A stretch of 64,000 bases of DNA, from assembly GCA_017509045.1 (NCBI GenBank), contig JAFWQP010000044.1, positions 1,499-65,498 of the forward strand, written 5' to 3'. The notes beneath the pieces are model-generated. The model searched no databases. It worked only from the letters and a program-made list of their open reading frames with translations, and was not told the DNA's origin. The stretch comes from Bacteroidales bacterium (lineage in GTDB: Bacteria > Bacteroidota > Bacteroidia > Bacteroidales > P3). Made by a program: the position numbers and the translations under genes. This document shows positions 37,964 through 47,565 of the stretch, one piece after another. Positions within the stretch are counted from its first letter, which is position 1. Every line of letters starts with the position of its first letter.

Positions 37964-39310
37964 ATGAAGTATTCTTTCTACAAAACAGCAGTATTTTCTT
38001 TGATAATAATAGTGGGCATGTCATCCTGTCGCAAGGAGTCGGAGGTGTCGGAAATGGTGAATCCCAACAGTCGCACATGTAAGACTTATACACAGCAGTT
38101 TGAAGCAGTGTGGAACGGAATGAGCCAAGGGTATGTCTTTTGGGGACGTGACACGGTGGATTGGGATGCCCGTTACGAGCAGTTTAAGCCCGTGTTTGAG
38201 GAGTTCGATGCCCGTCCATCTAATAAACCTGTTTCGGAAGCAGAATATAATGCTGCCTATCAGGGGCTTTTTGAAGGTTTGCTCGATCACCATCTGTATG
38301 GTATGTTTACAGTGCCTAGGGCACAGTATGAGGCAATTGTAAGACCTGGAAAAAATGATTATGAACATAATATGGATCCCTATTCCGAAAGACGTGAAGA
38401 GCTGAGGGTGTTGCAACAGCGTTTAGACTATGTGCAAGGTTCGTTTTGCTCATACGACCCAGAGGACTATGGGGTATTCTCGATACCCGGTATGTATTTT
38501 GCACTGATAAAACTTAAGACAGGGAAAAATATAGCCTATTTCCGATTCACTAATTTCTACCTCTCTAATGTGCATGAATATTATTCAGTTATAAGTAGTG
38601 GCGAATCGGTTCAAGAACCGTTACGCAAGTTTTATGGCCCTCGTTATTGGGAAGGAATTAGCAGTGAGGGTAGTTTCGCTAATGACGAGTCGGTGGTGGG
38701 TTTGATTATCGACCTCCGTGGTAACGGGGGTGGCAGTACGGCTGATTTGATTCCTTTCATAGGGTCGCTTTCGCAGAGCTCCACCGTGGTGGGCTACACC
38801 CGTGTCAAGGATGGCTTCGGTCGGTTAGACTATAGCCCGTGGTCAGAATATAGGGTGGGGTGTCCCAGATTGCACCTAAAGTCGGACAAGCCTATTGTGG
38901 TGTTGGCGGATATTAATTCTGTCAGTTGCGCAGAACTGGCTACGATGTTGATTAAGAATCTTCCCAATGGCACCTTTATCGGTGAGCGTACATATGGAGC
39001 TGTGGGAGCCCTATGGCCCGATTCTCAGCACCAGCATGATTATTTCTACAGTGGCTGTTTTGGCGACTATGATTATTACCAGTATGGGAGAGATATGTAC
39101 AGGTATAAGGATATCTATCCATACTATGTGTATACTAGCACATACCACATGGTGGACTGTGACTATAAGGATATTGAAGGGGTTGGTGTACAACCCGACA
39201 TTGAGGTGCGGTTTAGCCGTGCTTCATTGATGGGCGACCATAAAGACCCGCAGATGAATCGCGCTGTGGACTATCTCCGCAAAGTATGCATCTGGGATCA
39301 GGCTAACTAA
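37964..39310 (+). CDS. S41-family (tail-specific protease-like) peptidase lipoprotein
   Basis: Lipobox GMSSC. IIDLRGNGGGS and VVLADINSVSCAELATML...GERTYGA match the S41 Ser/Lys catalytic region layout. Confidence 0.7.
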   Translation: MKYSFYKTAVFSLIIIVGMSSCRKESEVSEMVNPNSRTCKTYTQQFEAVWNGMSQGYVFWGRDTVDWDARYEQFKPVFEEFDARPSNKPVSEAEYNAAYQGLFEGLLDHHLYGMFTVPRAQYEAIVRPGKNDYEHNMDPYSERREELRVLQQRLDYVQGSFCSYDPEDYGVFSIPGMYFALIKLKTGKNIAYFRFTNFYLSNVHEYYSVISSGESVQEPLRKFYGPRYWEGISSEGSFANDESVVGLIIDLRGNGGGSTADLIPFIGSLSQSSTVVGYTRVKDGFGRLDYSPWSEYRVGCPRLHLKSDKPIVVLADINSVSCAELATMLIKNLPNGTFIGERTYGAVGALWPDSQHQHDYFYSGCFGDYDYYQYGRDMYRYKDIYPYYVYTSTYHMVDCDYKDIEGVGVQPDIEVRFSRASLMGDHKDPQMNRAVDYLRKVCIWDQAN

Positions 39311-39367
39311 ATGCTTGAATAATTGAGAGGGGGCACTCAAGCATTTTCACAATCAAACAATCATATT

Positions 39368-39439
39368 AATTGAAAATTGAAACCTGAAAATAACTGCCGC
39401 TCTCGGATAATTCTCAATTTTTTATTCTCAATTCTCAAT
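39368..39439 (-). repeat. Composite repeat copy in minus orientation, overlapping the stop codon of the downstream-strand gene
   Basis: aattgaaaattgaaa (39368-39382) ... ctgccgctctcgg ... aattctcaattttttattctcaattctcaat. The TGA of the 39435 gene lies in the heptamers. Confidence 0.75.
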
Positions 39440-40325
39440 GGTGTAGACGGTTGAAAAGGAATTGGATGGCTTCGGTATTGCGGGGTACTTGTAGGTCGAT
39501 AAGGCTACTTTCGATTGCTATCACACGTCCTTTTTTGACGGCATCCAGTTGGTTGTAGGGCGCCATGTTGCAGAATGAGGCACTGTCCTCTTTGCGAATG
39601 ATAATATATTCCGGATTCTGTTGCATTAGGTTTTCTAGGCTATAGCTCCAACCTGAAATGCCTTCGGCTATGTTGCGTCCTCCTGCCAGTCGGATGATGT
39701 CGTTGATGAAGGAGTCGCCTCCAGCGGTGAAATTGCCCGAGGCTCCGAACCCGACTACATAATATACGCTCTTGGGATGGCTGGAGGTTTGCACGTCGAG
39801 TTTTGCCAATCGGTCGCGAAGCACCGTATTGAGGCTGTCTGCGGCTTGGGTGCGACCAATGAGTTGTCCAATCTTGCTGATATTGTCGTATAGCCCTTCA
39901 TAGTGTTTCTGCTCAATTACACAGACGGTTGGCACACCCATCTTTTCCATCTGTATGGTACTCTTTTTGGGTATCATCGACCCACTGATGACTAGGTCGG
40001 GATTAAGCGACATGATACGTTCTATATTGAGGTTGCTGATGCCTCCTATACTTGTTATTTGTAGGGCATCGGAAGGGTATGTGCAGAAGTCGGTTCGCCC
40101 TACCAACAAATGACTTCCGCCAAGGGCGAAAATGATTTCTGTGACCGCAGGCGAGGTGCTGACGATACGTTGGGGATGAAGCGGTATTACGACGGTGCTA
40201 CCATAGTCGTCGGTGTATGTGACAGTTTTCTGGTTCTTGTTGTCGGTGTTTATGGGATGGTTGCAACCTACAAATACGAAAGTGGCTAGCAAGATGGCTA
40301 GCAAATGTGTAATGATTATTTTCAT
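39435..40325 (-). CDS. Periplasmic binding protein, BtuF/iron-siderophore (class 8) type
   Basis: Lipobox FVGC. RIVSTSPAVTEIIFALGGSHLLVGRTDFCTYP is the typical BtuF-like N-lobe. The ATG at 40325 lies 11 nt after the fabG stop. Confidence 0.75.
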   Translation of the reverse strand: MKIIITHLLAILLATFVFVGCNHPINTDNKNQKTVTYTDDYGSTVVIPLHPQRIVSTSPAVTEIIFALGGSHLLVGRTDFCTYPSDALQITSIGGISNLNIERIMSLNPDLVISGSMIPKKSTIQMEKMGVPTVCVIEQKHYEGLYDNISKIGQLIGRTQAADSLNTVLRDRLAKLDVQTSSHPKSVYYVVGFGASGNFTAGGDSFINDIIRLAGGRNIAEGISGWSYSLENLMQQNPEYIIIRKEDSASFCNMAPYNQLDAVKKGRVIAIESSLIDLQVPRNTEAIQFLFNRLHH

Positions 40326-40336
40326 AACGTTAAGGC

Positions 40337-41083
40337 TTATGCATCTTCCATTCCGCCGCATATTGGCAGAACTACGCTAGTGATATAAGGGCACATGTCG
40401 CTGGCAAGGAACAAGCATGCCTGTGCCACCTCGTCGGCAGTGCCGGGGCGCTTCATGGGGATGCGGCTGCACCAAGTGTTCATCAGCTCAGTAGGCACTT
40501 CTGCGGTCATCTCAGTTTCAATGAATCCAGGGCAGACTATATTGACCCGTATGTTTCGGGCAGCAAATTCTTTAGCACAGCTTTTGCTAAATCCGATGAT
40601 GCCAGCTTTGGAAGCGGCGTAGTTGGCCTGATTGTAATTGCCCGCTATGCCAACAACGGAGCCAATATTGACGATAGAGCCATGCCCCTGTTTCCACATA
40701 ATAGGCTGTATTGCCTTGGTCATGCAAAACACGCTCTTGAGGTTTACCCCAACAACGTGGTCAAACTGCTCTTCCGTCATGCGCTTGAGGGCAGAATCGT
40801 CGGTGATGCCGGCATTATTGACTAAGATGTCGATATGCCCAAAATCCTGCATCACTTCGGCTACAAAGGCTTGGGCTTCTTGGTAGTCAGCCACATTCAC
40901 AGCATAGCCCTTAGCCTGCACTCCAGTGTCGGCAAGTTCTTGCTCAACTTGAATCATTTTTTCATTCCGACTGCGGGCACAGAATGCTATCTGGCAGCCT
41001 TCTTTTGCAAAACGACGGGCGATGGCAAGGCCGATACCGCGCGTGGCACCCGTGATGATGGCAACTTTGTTTTCTAAAAGCAT
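40337..41083 (-). CDS. fabG: 3-oxoacyl-ACP reductase
   Basis: SDR motifs TGATRGIGLAIA, NNAGI and YAASKAG in 248 aa. Confidence 0.88.
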   Translation of the reverse strand: MLLENKVAIITGATRGIGLAIARRFAKEGCQIAFCARSRNEKMIQVEQELADTGVQAKGYAVNVADYQEAQAFVAEVMQDFGHIDILVNNAGITDDSALKRMTEEQFDHVVGVNLKSVFCMTKAIQPIMWKQGHGSIVNIGSVVGIAGNYNQANYAASKAGIIGFSKSCAKEFAARNIRVNIVCPGFIETEMTAEVPTELMNTWCSRIPMKRPGTADEVAQACLFLASDMCPYITSVVLPICGGMEDA

Positions 41084-41112
41084 AAGAGTATGGTCGGTTA
41101 TGATTATAAATA

Positions 41113-41141
41113 GGGAGCTGTCTCAAAATGAGGCAACTCCC
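41113..41141 (-). terminator. Candidate terminator hairpin after gap
   Basis: gggagctgtctca aaa tgaggcaactccc (11 of 13 pairs). The following U-tract on the minus strand is weak. Confidence 0.4.
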
Positions 41142-41171
41142 TTGGGTGATTTAATAATTTGACAGTTTTGA

Positions 41172-42179
41172 TTAGAGCAGAGTTGCCAGTTTGGCAGCCA
41201 GGTCGCCAACGCGGGTGCTGTAGCCCTTCTCGTTGTCGTACCAGCTGACAACCTTCACAAAGTTGCCATCCATCACCTGGGTCAGCAGGCTGTCGAAGAT
41301 GGAACTATGGGTGTTGTCGATGATGTCGACACTGACGATAGGCTCGTCAACATATTGCAGCACACCCTTCATGGAGCCTTCGGCGGCCTCCTTGATGGCA
41401 GCGTTGATTTCTTCTTTGGTGACGTTGCAGGCCATCTCGGCGGTCAGGTCGACAACAGAGCCGTCGGGAGTGGGGACGCGCATGGCGAAGCCGTCCAGCT
41501 TGCCCTTCAGTTCAGGGATAACCAGACCCACGGCCTTAGCAGCACCGCTGGAGGTGGGGATGATGGAGATGGCGGCAGCACGAGCACGGCGCAGGTCGCT
41601 GTGGGGCTGGTCGAGAATCTTCTGGTCGTTGGTGTAGCTGTGGATGGTGTTCATCAAACCGCGCTTGATACCGAATTTGTCGTTCAGCACTTTGGCAACG
41701 GGAGCCAAGCAGTTGGTGGTGCAGCTGGCGTTACTGACAAGTTGCATCTCCTTGGTCAGCACATTGTCGTTAACACCCATCACAACGGTAGCGTCCACAT
41801 CGTCGGCCTTGCCGGCGGGCACGGTGAGGATGACCTTCTTGGCACCAGCGTTGATGTGCTTCATCATCTGCTCTCTCTTCTTGAAGAGGCCGGTGGATTC
41901 GATTACGATGTCAACACCCAGTTCGCCCCAAGGCAGGTTCTGCGGGTCGCGCTCGGCATAGATTTTCACCTTCTTGCCATTCACCACGATGCAGTCGCCT
42001 TCGGCATGCACTTCACCCTCGAAATTGTCGTGGATGGAGTCGTATTTAAATAAATAGGCGAGCGTGTCAGCGCTTGTGAGGTCATTGATTGCTACGATGT
42101 CCAGCTCGGGGTGGTCAAGCATAGCACGGAAGGACATACGTCCAATTCGGCCGAAACCATTGATTGCAACTTTTGCCAT
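41172..42179 (-). CDS. gap: Glyceraldehyde-3-phosphate dehydrogenase
   Basis: INGFGRIGR, catalytic SNASCTTNCLAP and WYDNEKGYS in 335 aa. Confidence 0.96.
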   Translation of the reverse strand: MAKVAINGFGRIGRMSFRAMLDHPELDIVAINDLTSADTLAYLFKYDSIHDNFEGEVHAEGDCIVVNGKKVKIYAERDPQNLPWGELGVDIVIESTGLFKKREQMMKHINAGAKKVILTVPAGKADDVDATVVMGVNDNVLTKEMQLVSNASCTTNCLAPVAKVLNDKFGIKRGLMNTIHSYTNDQKILDQPHSDLRRARAAAISIIPTSSGAAKAVGLVIPELKGKLDGFAMRVPTPDGSVVDLTAEMACNVTKEEINAAIKEAAEGSMKGVLQYVDEPIVSVDIIDNTHSSIFDSLLTQVMDGNFVKVVSWYDNEKGYSTRVGDLAAKLATLL

Positions 42180-42230
42180 AATGTTGTATTTTAAATGTTT
42201 ATATATAAAATTACTTAATTTTTGGTTTTA

Positions 42231-42238
42231 CAAATATA
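42231..42238 (-). promoter_or_regulatory. -7 promoter box (TATATTTG on the minus strand) for gap
   Basis: Plus-strand caaatata, 52 nt upstream of the ATG at 42179. Confidence 0.5.
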
Positions 42239-42269
42239 CATTTTTTTTCTTATATTGATAAAAAAATAG

Positions 42270-42277
42270 TACTTTTG
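42270..42277 (+). promoter_or_regulatory. -7 promoter box (TACTTTTG) upstream of mtgA
   Basis: Exact TAnnTTTG, about 210 nt upstream of the ATG at 42488. Confidence 0.4.
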
Positions 42278-42487
42278 CACAAAGAAAATTATGCCAATCT
42301 CTATATAGCGTGTTAAGTGACAGTGAGAAAGAATAGTAAAAATGATGCTTCGCCAATAAAACTAGGAGAAAAAGAAGGTCGGGCGTATGGTACATATTCG
42401 CATACCCCTTTATCAAAATGGGTCATCTTGTGCTTATGGCATAGTCTTTTTTAACTTTCAAACAGTGAAACCTACTTTATTGACACT

Positions 42488-43363
42488 ATGTCGAAAAAGA
42501 ATACTAACAAAAAAAGCAAACGCAGACGTTCTGGACGCAAACGTTGGCGGCAACTAAGTTTCGGTGGCAAGATATGGCGCTTCTTATGGGTCACTTTCCT
42601 TGCCGTATGGGGTTTTACCATCTTTCAGGTGCTGTTTTGCGCCATTTTCAATCCACCGCTGACACCCCTCATGGTCAAACGGTTCTTCCAGCAGGTCAAA
42701 GACCCTGACCGCGTGGTGCGCTTTGAGCGCGACTTTGTGCCTATCGACGAGATTTCTCCCAATCTGGTCAATGCGGTTGTTGTCTCTGAGGACGGACTAT
42801 ACATGTACCATCACGGCTTCGACATCCGACAGATGAAAATGGCTTATGTCGAAGGCAAGAAAGGTCGTCGCCACCGTGGTGGCAGCACCATCAGCCAGCA
42901 GACTGCAAAAAACTGCTTCCTCACTCACAAGCACAGCATGGTGCGCAAAGGTGTGGAGGCTTACTATACCTCTCTTATCGAGCTTGTATGGGGCAAGAAA
43001 CGTATCATGGAGTGCTATCTCAACATTATCGAGTTTGGCGACGGCATCTATGGTTGCGAAGCCGCCAGCCAACACTATTTCGGCCATTCGGCCAGCAAGC
43101 TCACCAAACGTGAGGCTGCGCTGCTTGCGGTCTGCCTGCCCACCCCCTTGAAGAGCAACCCGGGCCGTCCCTCGGGTTACCTCAGCCGACAGGCATCAAC
43201 TATTCAGGGCCGAATGAACAGCTATGGCCGCATCAATCTCGATGCCAAGCGCGAAGACCTCACTCCCCGCTATGTGAAGATGATGGAGGAGGAGAACCTT
43301 TGGGACTTCTTCTGGTGGCTACTCACCGATGGCGAAAGCCTCAATAAGAAAACTAAAAGGTAA
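42488..43363 (+). CDS. mtgA: Monofunctional peptidoglycan glycosyltransferase
   Basis: N-terminal TM segment, and GT51 motifs EDGLYMYHHGFD and RGGSTISQQTAKN. Confidence 0.85.
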   Translation: MSKKNTNKKSKRRRSGRKRWRQLSFGGKIWRFLWVTFLAVWGFTIFQVLFCAIFNPPLTPLMVKRFFQQVKDPDRVVRFERDFVPIDEISPNLVNAVVVSEDGLYMYHHGFDIRQMKMAYVEGKKGRRHRGGSTISQQTAKNCFLTHKHSMVRKGVEAYYTSLIELVWGKKRIMECYLNIIEFGDGIYGCEAASQHYFGHSASKLTKREAALLAVCLPTPLKSNPGRPSGYLSRQASTIQGRMNSYGRINLDAKREDLTPRYVKMMEEENLWDFFWWLLTDGESLNKKTKR

Positions 43364-43409
43364 AAACTAAAACTTGTTAGATACAAATACTTTTTAGTTT
43401 TTACCTTTT
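43355..43409 (+). terminator. Perfect 18-bp stem hairpin spanning the mtgA stop codon
   Basis: aaaaggtaaaaactaaaa (43355-43372), a 19-nt loop, then ttttagtttttacctttt (43392-43409), followed by actttttactttaaaag. Confidence 0.55.
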
Positions 43410-43431
43410 ACTTTTTACTTTAAAAGAACGC

Positions 43432-44334
43432 ATGGACTGGCAAAGACACCTCCGCGACTTTGAAGCGCACCTACGACTAGAACGCAACCTGGCCGACAAC
43501 TCGGTGCAGGCCTACCTGCGCGACGTGGAGCACCTGCGCCGCTATGTCGAGCCTATGGGCGTCGAGGCGCAAGATGTCACACCCGTCCATATTCAGGGAC
43601 TCCTCAAGGAGCTCAACGAAGTGGGCATCGCCGTTGCCAGCCAGTGCCGTTTCCTTTCGGGGCTACGCACCTTCTACCGCATGTTGGTCATCGAGGATGT
43701 TGTGTCCGAAAATCCAGCCAGTTTGGTCGAGATGCCTAAGCGCCCACAACATCTGCCCGACGTGCTTACCGATGAGGATGTCTCCGCCCTGCAAGACACC
43801 TTCGACCGTAGCCTCCCCGGTCCTGCCCGCAACTACGTCATCGTCGAAATACTCTATGGGTGTGGTCTCCGGGTTTCCGAATTGGTCAATCTCCGCCTCT
43901 CCAACATCTATGTCGAAGAGGAGATGCTGCAGGTCATCGGCAAAGGCAATAAGGAACGTTGGGTGCCTATCAACAGCCATGCTCTCAGTCTACTGCAAGA
44001 CTACATCCTCACCATCCGCAGTCAGCTCACCCCTCAGCCAGGCGAAGAAAAATATGTATTCCTCAATCTTCGCGGCCACCATCTCTCGCGCGTTGCTGTC
44101 TTCCAGTTTATCAAAGAGGCTGTCGAAAAGGCTGGCCTGCACAAAAATGTCTCTCCCCACAGCCTCCGTCACAGTTTTGCTACCGAATTGGTGCAGAACG
44201 GTGCCGACCTCCGTGCTGTGCAAGAAATGCTGGGACACGAAAGCCTCTCCACCACCCAAATCTACACCCACCTCAGCCACCAGTACCTCCGCGACACTAT
44301 CACCACCTACCACCCACACTATAAGAAGAACTAA
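43432..44334 (+). CDS. xerD: Tyrosine recombinase XerD/XerC type
   Basis: 300 aa with GLRVSELVNL and HSLRHSFATELVQNGADLRAVQEMLGHESLSTTQIYTH (R-H-R-Y catalytic set). Confidence 0.85.
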   Translation: MDWQRHLRDFEAHLRLERNLADNSVQAYLRDVEHLRRYVEPMGVEAQDVTPVHIQGLLKELNEVGIAVASQCRFLSGLRTFYRMLVIEDVVSENPASLVEMPKRPQHLPDVLTDEDVSALQDTFDRSLPGPARNYVIVEILYGCGLRVSELVNLRLSNIYVEEEMLQVIGKGNKERWVPINSHALSLLQDYILTIRSQLTPQPGEEKYVFLNLRGHHLSRVAVFQFIKEAVEKAGLHKNVSPHSLRHSFATELVQNGADLRAVQEMLGHESLSTTQIYTHLSHQYLRDTITTYHPHYKKN

Positions 44335-44378
44335 AAGTAAGCAGTAACCCAATTCCCATTTTCCAATTATCAATTTCT

Positions 44379-45287
44379 ATGCAGTTCATCACATTCATGA
44401 TAGGTCCCCTTGTTGGCGCGGCGATTGGCGGTTTCACCAATCGTGTGGCCATACGCATGCTTTTCCGCCCCTATACCGCCAAATACATTGGCAAACTCCA
44501 TATTCCTCTCACTCCTGGCATAATCCCCAAGGAAAAGGCCAATATCGCCAAGGCCATCGGCTCCACCATTAGCGACAATCTGCTTAACAGTCAGGTTCTT
44601 TCCGCCACCCTTCTTTCCGATGATATGTGCGCCAAACTGTCCACCGCTGTCGACACCCTACAGACCCGTTTGCTTTCCTCACAGGCCAGTTTGCGCCATC
44701 ACCTGCTGCGCTACCTCACCCCCGACGAACTCGACAGCCTCTCCACTCAGCTGCAGTCCGATGCCACTCATGCCATCTATCTCAAACTTGCCGACAAGGC
44801 TCTGGGCGACAAAGTGGCATCACTGGCCATCGACCAAGTGATGCAACATCTCTCCGAGGGTTTTCTAGGTAGCATCAAGGCTGGCATCTTCGACCTCCTT
44901 CGCAATTCCATCCAGTCGCGCCTAGCCGACATTATCAACGAAATGCTCCACAACAACGCCCAACAGATGGTCGCCGACCTCCTCCACACCGAGGTCGACC
45001 GGCTGCTCTCAATGCCCGTATGCGACATCTGTCGGGGCAAAGAAGAACTCTTCGACCGCCTGCGCACCATCCTGCTAAAGGCTTATCGTATGATGGTCGA
45101 AAACAGCCTACCGCGTATGCTCGGCACCCTCAACATTCAGCGCATCGTCGAAGATCGTATCAACGATATGGACATGGCGGAGACCGAACAGCTTGTCACC
45201 ACCATTATGTCGAAAGAACTAAAGGCGTTGGTATGGTTCGGGGTGCTGTTGGGCTTCATCATGGGCTTCGTCACCAATATCATCTAG
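44379..45287 (+). CDS. DUF445-family membrane-associated protein
   Basis: N-terminal GPLVGAAIGGFTNRVAIRMLFRP and a C-terminal TM segment, as in the YheB/DUF445 family. Confidence 0.6.
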   Translation: MQFITFMIGPLVGAAIGGFTNRVAIRMLFRPYTAKYIGKLHIPLTPGIIPKEKANIAKAIGSTISDNLLNSQVLSATLLSDDMCAKLSTAVDTLQTRLLSSQASLRHHLLRYLTPDELDSLSTQLQSDATHAIYLKLADKALGDKVASLAIDQVMQHLSEGFLGSIKAGIFDLLRNSIQSRLADIINEMLHNNAQQMVADLLHTEVDRLLSMPVCDICRGKEELFDRLRTILLKAYRMMVENSLPRMLGTLNIQRIVEDRINDMDMAETEQLVTTIMSKELKALVWFGVLLGFIMGFVTNII

Positions 45288-45349
45288 CCACCATTAAGAT
45301 AACTTTCTTATTCATTCCATTCTTATTACGTAAAAATAGAACCCACCTA

Positions 45350-46312
45350 ATGGAAAAAGAACTCTATCTTGCCGCCGGCTGCTTTTGGGGCGCCGAGCAT
45401 TTTTTGAAACAAATCGAAGGTGTCACCTTTACCGAGGTGGGATTTGCCAACGGCAATACCCCTAATCCCACCTACAAAGAGGTCTATACCGACACCACAG
45501 GCTATGCCGAAACGGTGCATCTGCGCTACGACCCGCTGCGCGTCAGCCTGCGTTTCCTCTTGGAAATGTATTTCAAGGCCATCGACCCCACCAGCCTCAA
45601 TCAGCAGGGCGAAGACCGCGGCACCCGCTACCGCACCGGCATCTATTTTACCGACTCTGCCGACGAGCCCCTAGTCCGTTATATCATGTCCGAGGAGGCA
45701 AAACACTACGGCCTGCCCCTACAGGTAGAGGTGATGCCACTCGCCAACTTCTACCGTGCCGAGGACTACCATCAGGACTACCTCGTCAATAACCCCACTG
45801 GCTACTGCCACCTGCCTGTCGAGCTCTTTGCATACGCCCGCAACAATCGCGACACCGTCACTCTCGAAAAGTGCGAACGCTACAACCTGCTGTTGCGCCA
45901 ATTGTCAGCTTTGGCCGAAGGCGAAACCGACACCATTGCCCTAATGGCAAACACAGCCGCCATGCTTCACGACACCTTCCACTTCTGGTGGACGGGATTC
46001 TACCGCGTGGTGGGCGACGAACTGCTGCTTGGTCCCTTTCAAGGCCCCGTAGCCTGTATGCACATAGCCTTTGGTAGCGGCGTCTGTGGCACAGCTTGGC
46101 AGCAACGCCACACCCTTGTAGTCCCCGATGTGGAGGCATTTCCAGGCCACATCGCCTGCAGCGCCGCCTCGCGTAGCGAAATAGTGGTCCCTGTCTATGA
46201 CGGCGACAATGTCATAGCAGTGCTCGACATCGACAGCCAGCACTTCGCCACTTTCGACGACTGCGACCGCCACTTCCTTGAGCAACTAGTCGTGTTACTC
46301 AGCCCGGCATAG
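45350..46312 (+). CDS. msrA: Fusion of peptide-methionine (S)-S-oxide reductase MsrA with a GAF-type free methionine-(R)-sulfoxide reductase-like domain
   Basis: MEKELYLAAGCFWGAEHF (MsrA active site) through ...GYCHLP. This is followed by a ~155-aa GAF-like domain with GPVACMHIAFGSGVCGTAW and SEIVVPV. Confidence 0.82.
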   Translation: MEKELYLAAGCFWGAEHFLKQIEGVTFTEVGFANGNTPNPTYKEVYTDTTGYAETVHLRYDPLRVSLRFLLEMYFKAIDPTSLNQQGEDRGTRYRTGIYFTDSADEPLVRYIMSEEAKHYGLPLQVEVMPLANFYRAEDYHQDYLVNNPTGYCHLPVELFAYARNNRDTVTLEKCERYNLLLRQLSALAEGETDTIALMANTAAMLHDTFHFWWTGFYRVVGDELLLGPFQGPVACMHIAFGSGVCGTAWQQRHTLVVPDVEAFPGHIACSAASRSEIVVPVYDGDNVIAVLDIDSQHFATFDDCDRHFLEQLVVLLSPA

Positions 46313-46419
46313 CCGCAAGGGACTTAGTATATCAGCTATCGAATACAATCGCTTATGCTTACGAATCCTATTCCTGAAAAACCTAGTACGCAAATTTGCC
46401 ATATTGCATGTCAAAACAA

Positions 46420-47565
46420 TTATAATTTTTCAACAAAAACTATACAATATGGATTACTTCCATCTTCTCTGACATCGCACCAGATGCTTTCTTCTTCAAA
46501 TAATTCTATCTTTTTATAGTCCCAATCTTCATGTTCGTTCCTCCATATTTTAATACCCACCAACAAGGGAGATTCATTTTTGTTTATTATCTTTATGTTT
46601 TGCTGTTCATAATCTATTTTAAATGCTTTATTATACGTTGAAGTATTAATAATTGTAACAGAATCGGTGATAACATCAACTAATGTCCAATGTTCTTTTA
46701 TCAAATTCTCTTTCAAATTAAAGATAGTATAAACGAAATTACATAGTTTTGTCGAATAATTGCGCAGTTCGTAATTGCGCAGTTCGTAAATTGCTTGCAC
46801 GATAACAGATAAATTATGACCTCCTTCTCTCATAGTCAAATCTAACACAAACACCCATTTGCCATTTTTATTTGAAGAAGACTTAATGTTTACTTGCTGT
46901 AAATTGTTTTCATCAATTTTAAGATGCCATGAATTATTGAAAAAAGGATTATCTTCAGATCCTTTTAGTTTATGACCTTTTAGGTTTCTAAATATTTGTG
47001 ATTCATTTGGTTTTGCTGTTGGTATACATAACAAACAAAATTGAAATGAGTCGCTCTCAATAATTTTTTCAATAGTGGAATTGGCATCAAACGACGGATC
47101 CTTCAATGTTGCGTGAAATGATTTCTCAAACATTTTTTTTCTGTGCTTGTTCTCGTAATTTGCTTCTATTTTATCAAATTTAGCTTGTGCAGTTATCCGC
47201 TCTTGCTCATATTTTTTTTTATTTTTTTTGAGTATTTCTTTCAACGCTTGAGTCGCAATCTCCCTTGTCTCATATTTTACGTAGTCAAAAGTATCAATAA
47301 AATAATCTTTGTCATTATTCGTCTTTTCGACATATAGGTTCTGGTAATCGTTGATGCTTTTTGCTAGCTTCTCTCCCTCTAATTTAGCTTGATTGTCTCT
47401 TGAAATAGACAATACTAATATTCGAATACCTACAATCCCCCCAATGATAACCCCTAGATAAAGCAGCCATTTCAAGGAGTATCTATTATGGAGGCGCCTA
47501 CCACACATGTGGCAGTAAATTGCATAATTAGGATTATTTGCTTTACAAGTGTGACATCTCTTCAT
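46420..47565 (-). CDS. Zinc-ribbon, single TM, beta-rich C-terminal domain protein (island gene 16)
   Basis: MKRCHTCKANNPNYAIYCHMCGRRL (CxxC..CxxC), TM segment WLLYLGVIIGGIVGIRILVL, then ~320 aa of unknown fold. AT-rich codon usage. Confidence 0.6.
   Translation of the reverse strand: MKRCHTCKANNPNYAIYCHMCGRRLHNRYSLKWLLYLGVIIGGIVGIRILVLSISRDNQAKLEGEKLAKSINDYQNLYVEKTNNDKDYFIDTFDYVKYETREIATQALKEILKKNKKKYEQERITAQAKFDKIEANYENKHRKKMFEKSFHATLKDPSFDANSTIEKIIESDSFQFCLLCIPTAKPNESQIFRNLKGHKLKGSEDNPFFNNSWHLKIDENNLQQVNIKSSSNKNGKWVFVLDLTMREGGHNLSVIVQAIYELRNYELRNYSTKLCNFVYTIFNLKENLIKEHWTLVDVITDSVTIINTSTYNKAFKIDYEQQNIKIINKNESPLLVGIKIWRNEHEDWDYKKIELFEEESIWCDVREDGSNPYCIVFVEKL

Noticed and set aside
43432-44334. 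XerD as the integrase of the AT-rich island
   Set aside because: It has core-like GC and sits beside mtgA in a housekeeping context. Two core genes separate it from the island edge at about 46.3 kb, and it looks like the chromosomal dimer-resolution recombinase.
45020-45349. 110-codon N-terminal extension of the MsrA-GAF ORF, overlapping the DUF445 gene
   Set aside because: The extension is an Arg/His-rich out-of-frame read of the DUF445 gene 3' end. The MsrA homology begins exactly at the ATG at 45350.
46313-46330. agggactt similarity between 46320 and 61565 as island att duplications
   Set aside because: Only about 8 matching bases, which is indistinguishable from chance without comparison to an empty site.
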